NCBI GenBank assembly: GCA_039096225.1 | Contig: JBBPEB010000013.1 | Location: 310,001 to 374,000, forward strand | From: Blastocystis sp. Blastoise | Taxonomy: Eukaryota > Protista > Bigyra: Opalinata | DNA: 64,000 nt | Direction of reading: 5' to 3' | In this document: piece after piece, positions 59,266 to 64,000 of the stretch | Numbering within the stretch: the first letter of the stretch is position 1 | Layout of the letters: every line of letters starts with the position of its first letter | The notes under the pieces: model-generated | The model's input: the letters and a program-made list of their open reading frames with translations, nothing else | Databases searched by the model: none | Told to the model about the DNA's origin: nothing | Translations under genes and position numbers: made by a program

Positions 59266-60931
59266 TTAATATGGCTTATGATAATTATTTCGTGCAGGTC
59301 TTCTAGAAGGTCCATAACTATCATAAGATCTACTACTACTCTTTCTATATATATATATATATATAATTAAAATAAATATAAATAATGATAAAATATTAAA
59401 TTGAAAAAAAAAAGATTTTAATAAGATATGTTTTGAATAACTATTATTATTTCATTAAAAATTATTTCGTTGTAGAATAAATATATATATATATGTATAC
59501 TGAGGACGAGCAACCTATAGAAATTTATATTATTTAAAAAAAATTGAAAATATATTTTTTTATATAAAATAAGTATGTATAAATTTTAGTAACATTAGCT
59601 ATAAATATGTATATATATATACACATAAATCCTTGATAGGTTTTCCATGTATATTTTTAGGTGATTTATTGATAGCCTCATAGACTTGACTCCATGATCC
59701 CATAGTAATAAGAGCGATATCACTTGGCTTACCACTTGCGGAGAGATCAGGGATACGAACAGCTTCTACCTATATATATTATATATATATATTATATAGT
59801 ATTCATATAGTATAAGGTTAATCATAATATATACATGTTAATAAATAAATAAATATATTATAGGCTTAATCATAATATATACATGCTAATAAATATATAT
59901 ATATATTATAAGCTTAATCATAATATATACATGCTAATAAATATATATATATATATATATAATTAAAAACATATGTTAAAAAAAATTAATTTAATTTATA
60001 AAAACAATATATGTATATATAAACAATATATATATTTAATATACTGTTCCATATTGTTTGAAATGTTGTCGAAGTTCATCAATTGAGATTGAAGAGTCTA
60101 ATCCTGCAATAAACAGACGTGCGGGACCAGGGGGATCGCGTCTGTGTGTGTCATTCGACACAGTTCCAGTAGAGCCAGTATTTGGAATAGAACGATATTC
60201 TTTATCATAATCATAAGAAGTATTATAATCATAGCCTTCATTAGCAGGATAAGTTTCTGGTCTATGTGAATCTTGATAATAATCACGGTTATCTTTAGGA
60301 TTATAATCTCTAGATGGATCATAGGAATGAGATCGAGGATCTGAATGTCTATAAGAAGGATAATCATAATCATAATCATAATCACGGGAAATAGGAGCAG
60401 GAGGAGCAGAAGGAGCAACATTAGGATAATCACGATAAGGAGGATAATCACGGTAATAATTGTCCTCATAAGGTGCTTGAGGAGGATAATCATAATAAGG
60501 ATCTCGAGGAGGATAAGGAGGATAATTATATGGAGGAATATCTTGATCTCTATAATCACGGTTATTTGGATAAGGAGGTCGAGATGAATAAGAAGGTCTA
60601 TCATTATATCGATCTTGAGGAGGATAAGAACGAGAAGGAGGATAGGGAGATGTATGACGTCTAGAAGCAGCTAGAAATGATATATATATATATATATATT
60701 AGTTATTTATAACTGATATTATATTTTAAAAATATCATCTTAATAGATATAAATATATATAATAAAAATGATAATAATTATATATACGTATATGATCTTT
60801 GGGCATAGCAGGAGAGATTGTTAATGTAGTACCTTTATAAGGCAAGTTCTTTTGCTGTAATACCTTTGTGGTCTATATATATATATGTAATTATATATAA
60901 ATAGTTGATATTATATATAATAATAATAATA

Positions 60932-60975
<44 letters not shown>

Positions 60976-62443
60976 AATAATAAATATATATATATATACA
61001 TCATCAATAGTTTTAAAAGTAACAAAACAGAAATCACGAAGATGACCACTATTTTTATCACGAGGACAAATACTATATATATATATATATATTATTATGA
61101 ATTACTTGAACTATAATATAAATAAAATTAAAAAAAAAATCATATAATAATACTAGTAGATTTCTAGAATATATATATACACGTTAATAATAGGTCCATA
61201 AGTAGTAAAGAATGTTTTAAGATCTTCTTCTGTAGCATCAGAGGGTAATCCCTTCACAAATAAACGACTGGGGGAGGGTCCCTCACTGTTACGCTCCTCA
61301 GCAACTTTAATTTCAATAGAAGTACCTAAAGAAAAAAAAAATATATATATTAATAATTTTATATTTCTATGTTATCAACAAAATCTCTTTAAAAAATAAA
61401 TCAAATAATAATACTAATAATACTATAATTATCATACCCATAACTTCACAAGAACCAGCATCTAAAGCTCGATTCATAGCATCTTCATTAGCAAAAGAAA
61501 CATATCCGAATCCCCGCGGTTTATTCGTATATGGATCAGCAGGTATAAATACAACAGTCACTTCACCAAATTTTCCCATTGTAGTCTATAATGAGTATAT
61601 ATATAATAACATGTAATTATTAAAGTATTTAAATTAATAATGATAAAAATTAAAATAAAATAAAATTTATATTATTTTTTTATAATTATTATTATTCTCT
61701 TACTATTGATATATATATATATTAATGAGAAATATACTTTAAGATCTTGTTCAGTTGCTGTTTTAGGTAACTTGATACAAAAGACTCTATATTTATCTCT
61801 AGCTCTATATATAGTATTTTATACAAAGATAATGAAATATAGAATAAAGTATTTAGAAAACTGATGACAAGAGAAAATAAGGTAAAAAAAAAGTCCAAAA
61901 AAAACTTTGTAGTCTATTTTTTAAAGTGTATATATACTTTAATTTATCTTCGTCAGTAGGTGGATCAGGTTGATGATCCTTATATTCAAATTCTGGTGGA
62001 TTTGCAACAGTAGCAGAATCAGGATTTCTGAATTGTGTATTTACATTACTTTGATTACTAGAGTTCGTTGTTTCTGTATATTGATTAGTATTAATGTCAT
62101 AATTAGAAGATATATTTGTATGAGGATTTGTATTAGAAGGATATGAATCAACATATTGATTTGATGCACTAGTATCTGGATATAAGTTTTGTCCATTATT
62201 TGTATACGCATTTCCCTGTGAAGTTTGATAAGAGTTATCAGCATCATTTGAAATTGCAGAAGGATAATTAGCGTCAGTATAATTTGTATCACCATTATGT
62301 GCAAAATTAGCATTGGGATCATTTTGTATACCCATTTTATCGTCATTATTTACTCCATTAGTTTCTTCTGGATAAGAGTTCCAGTCAGGATATCGTTGAC
62401 CGTCTCCAACTTGAGGATCTTGATTAGGATTCATCTCAGTCAT
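59266..62443 (-). CDS. Three-RRM RNA-binding protein with Tyr/Pro/Asp/Arg-rich linker, about 11 exons
   Basis: RVFCIKLP..KPRGFGYVSF; RLFVKGLP..LRDFCFVTF; RLFIAGLD; DYPPY/RDY repeats. Confidence 0.85.
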
Positions 62444-62905
62444 GTCTTACAAATAGTTAACAAACACAAAATATATATACCAAAATTATGTTTAGTGTAA
62501 TTCAAAGTCAAACAAGGACCAAATAATTTATTTCTTTCTTAATAGGATAAAAGTCTTTTATAGAATATCCAATAGTATATTATATTTTATTTTTAACGAT
62601 ATTTAATTGGATTCTTTTCATAAAAAAAAACCATTTCAAGAATAAATGAAAAAATTTGTTCTTCTTCTTGAGATATTCACGATTATTTAAAAATAGAGAT
62701 AAATCAGCCTATACAGTAGAATTGTTAAAAAGTCAGACAATACAGTCGTTTCCAGAGGGTCCTATGACCCGCGGTATTTTTAACATAATGGCGACTAGAA
62801 TATAATACAAATATGTTGTAAAATTCCCAGTCAAGAAACTATATGTGTTTTCTACTAATAATTAATTTTTGCCATATTCGACCTATTTGTTTAAATTTGA
62901 CTTAA

Positions 62906-64000
62906 ATGGATAGACGGGATATTGACAGAATAGATAAGGAAGTGGAAAATGAGGATTTTACTCAATATGTTCAACACATTCCTTCCGTCATACAAGTATT
63001 TTACACATATATAAATATTTTAATATCTAGAGACGTCCTGATAAGGATTCAAGAGTGAATCCGTTAACAAAAACAACTTTTAGCATGTTTAAAAACATTG
63101 ACCAAAATCAGATTGCCTCTTTGATTGAAGAAAACAGTTTTAATGGGTTTTTCAGAGATTATACAAACTACCTATGCATTATCTATAGGAATTTTCTAAT
63201 ATCGTTACTTTTCAACATTCGCCCTGAATTTGGGTCAAGAGAAGAGATTGAGGTTTTTTTAAGATTATCTGCATATAGTAATGGCTATTCTATGATGATT
63301 CAAAGAAGTTCAAAACAATATGTCAAATACAAATGTCCCATCATGGAATGCAATTACATAATTCAATACAACTTTAAAGATGGAAAATATCACTTAACAC
63401 ACTTCCATCAACATGATACAGATGTATAAATATATATAATTACAATATTTATTATATTTTACATTAAAATAATATTTTCTATATATACTATCAATTCTCT
63501 TATTAATAAAAACTATATTTTTATATATTAACTATTTTATTTATTTAGAAATGTTCGAAATTTACTTCTCACTATATAGAACTTATGAAGGAAAATAGAA
63601 TAAAACAATCTGTTTGTGACTATTATCAAAAACAAATTAATATAACAACTAATAATATACCTATTAATAATGATAATAAAGAAATACCTAATAATAATAA
63701 TGAACAAGATAGAAATACTATTATAGATATAGCTGGTCTTCAACTATTAGAAAAGGAATTAGTTTCTAATCAAATTAAAGAAAATAATAATCATGAAGTG
63801 AATATTGATGAATCATTACAATATGAAGAAAGAATAGATGATACTCCTTTAACTGAAATAGAAACTGAAATAATTCAGAAAAAAGATCTTATACTTGAGA
63901 AAAGAGTTTATATGAGTTCTGAAATGGATTTATTATTATATGAGATGCAAAAAAATAATGAAAAAAGAATAAATAATCAAACATTCCCTGATATGTATAT
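62906..64000 (+). CDS. Intron-containing gene with a MULE/FAR1-type (WRKY-GCM1-like) zinc-finger domain, 3' partial
   Basis: FGSREE..AYSNGYSMMIQRSSKQYVKYKCPIMECNYII..YHLTHFHQH; GT-AG introns. Confidence 0.5.

Noticed and set aside
60098-60664. Overlapping ORFs 60098-60604 (-), 60345-60587 (+) and 60473-60664 (+)
   Set aside because: Shadow frames of the low-complexity DYPPY/RDY exon of the RRM gene

Overview
Very AT-rich (roughly 20% GC by eye), intron-dense eukaryotic nuclear DNA with about 22 spliced protein-coding genes and one apparently intact Tc1 (DD34E) transposon. The short 5' introns (about 30-50 nt), U12 introns, a TGTTTGTT-like 3' motif and a giant Ig/discoidin surface protein suggest a Blastocystis-like stramenopile; this is an inference. 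Genes reconstructed by hand-splicing: DBP8/DDX49 (partial), Hakai-like, ORC1, ELP6-like, GMPPB, TRS23, C2H2-PP2C, a ~2,100-aa surface protein, a frameshifted GT23-like fucosyltransferase, SKI3-like, MBF1, PGP/HAD-IIA, a degenerate 14-3-3, class-3 lipase, VTA1-like, UBAC2-like, FHA protein, BRWD-like bromodomain protein, coiled-coil protein, multi-RRM protein and a MULE/FAR1-like zinc-finger gene (partial). Most ORF-track entries are exon fragments or microsatellite artefacts. Main unexplained signals: (1) GC-rich, mostly palindromic DNA words (TTCCC(A/G)CGGGAA, TTGGCGGGAA, CACGTG, ATGGCGG) recurring inside exons in different reading frames; (2) three phase-0 AT-AC minor-spliceosome introns; (3) introns bounded by self-complementary (TA)n at both ends, longer and more repeat-rich towards the 3' end of genes; (4) a GA-AG and a GT-TG intron in one gene whose deviant bases match the spliced mRNA.
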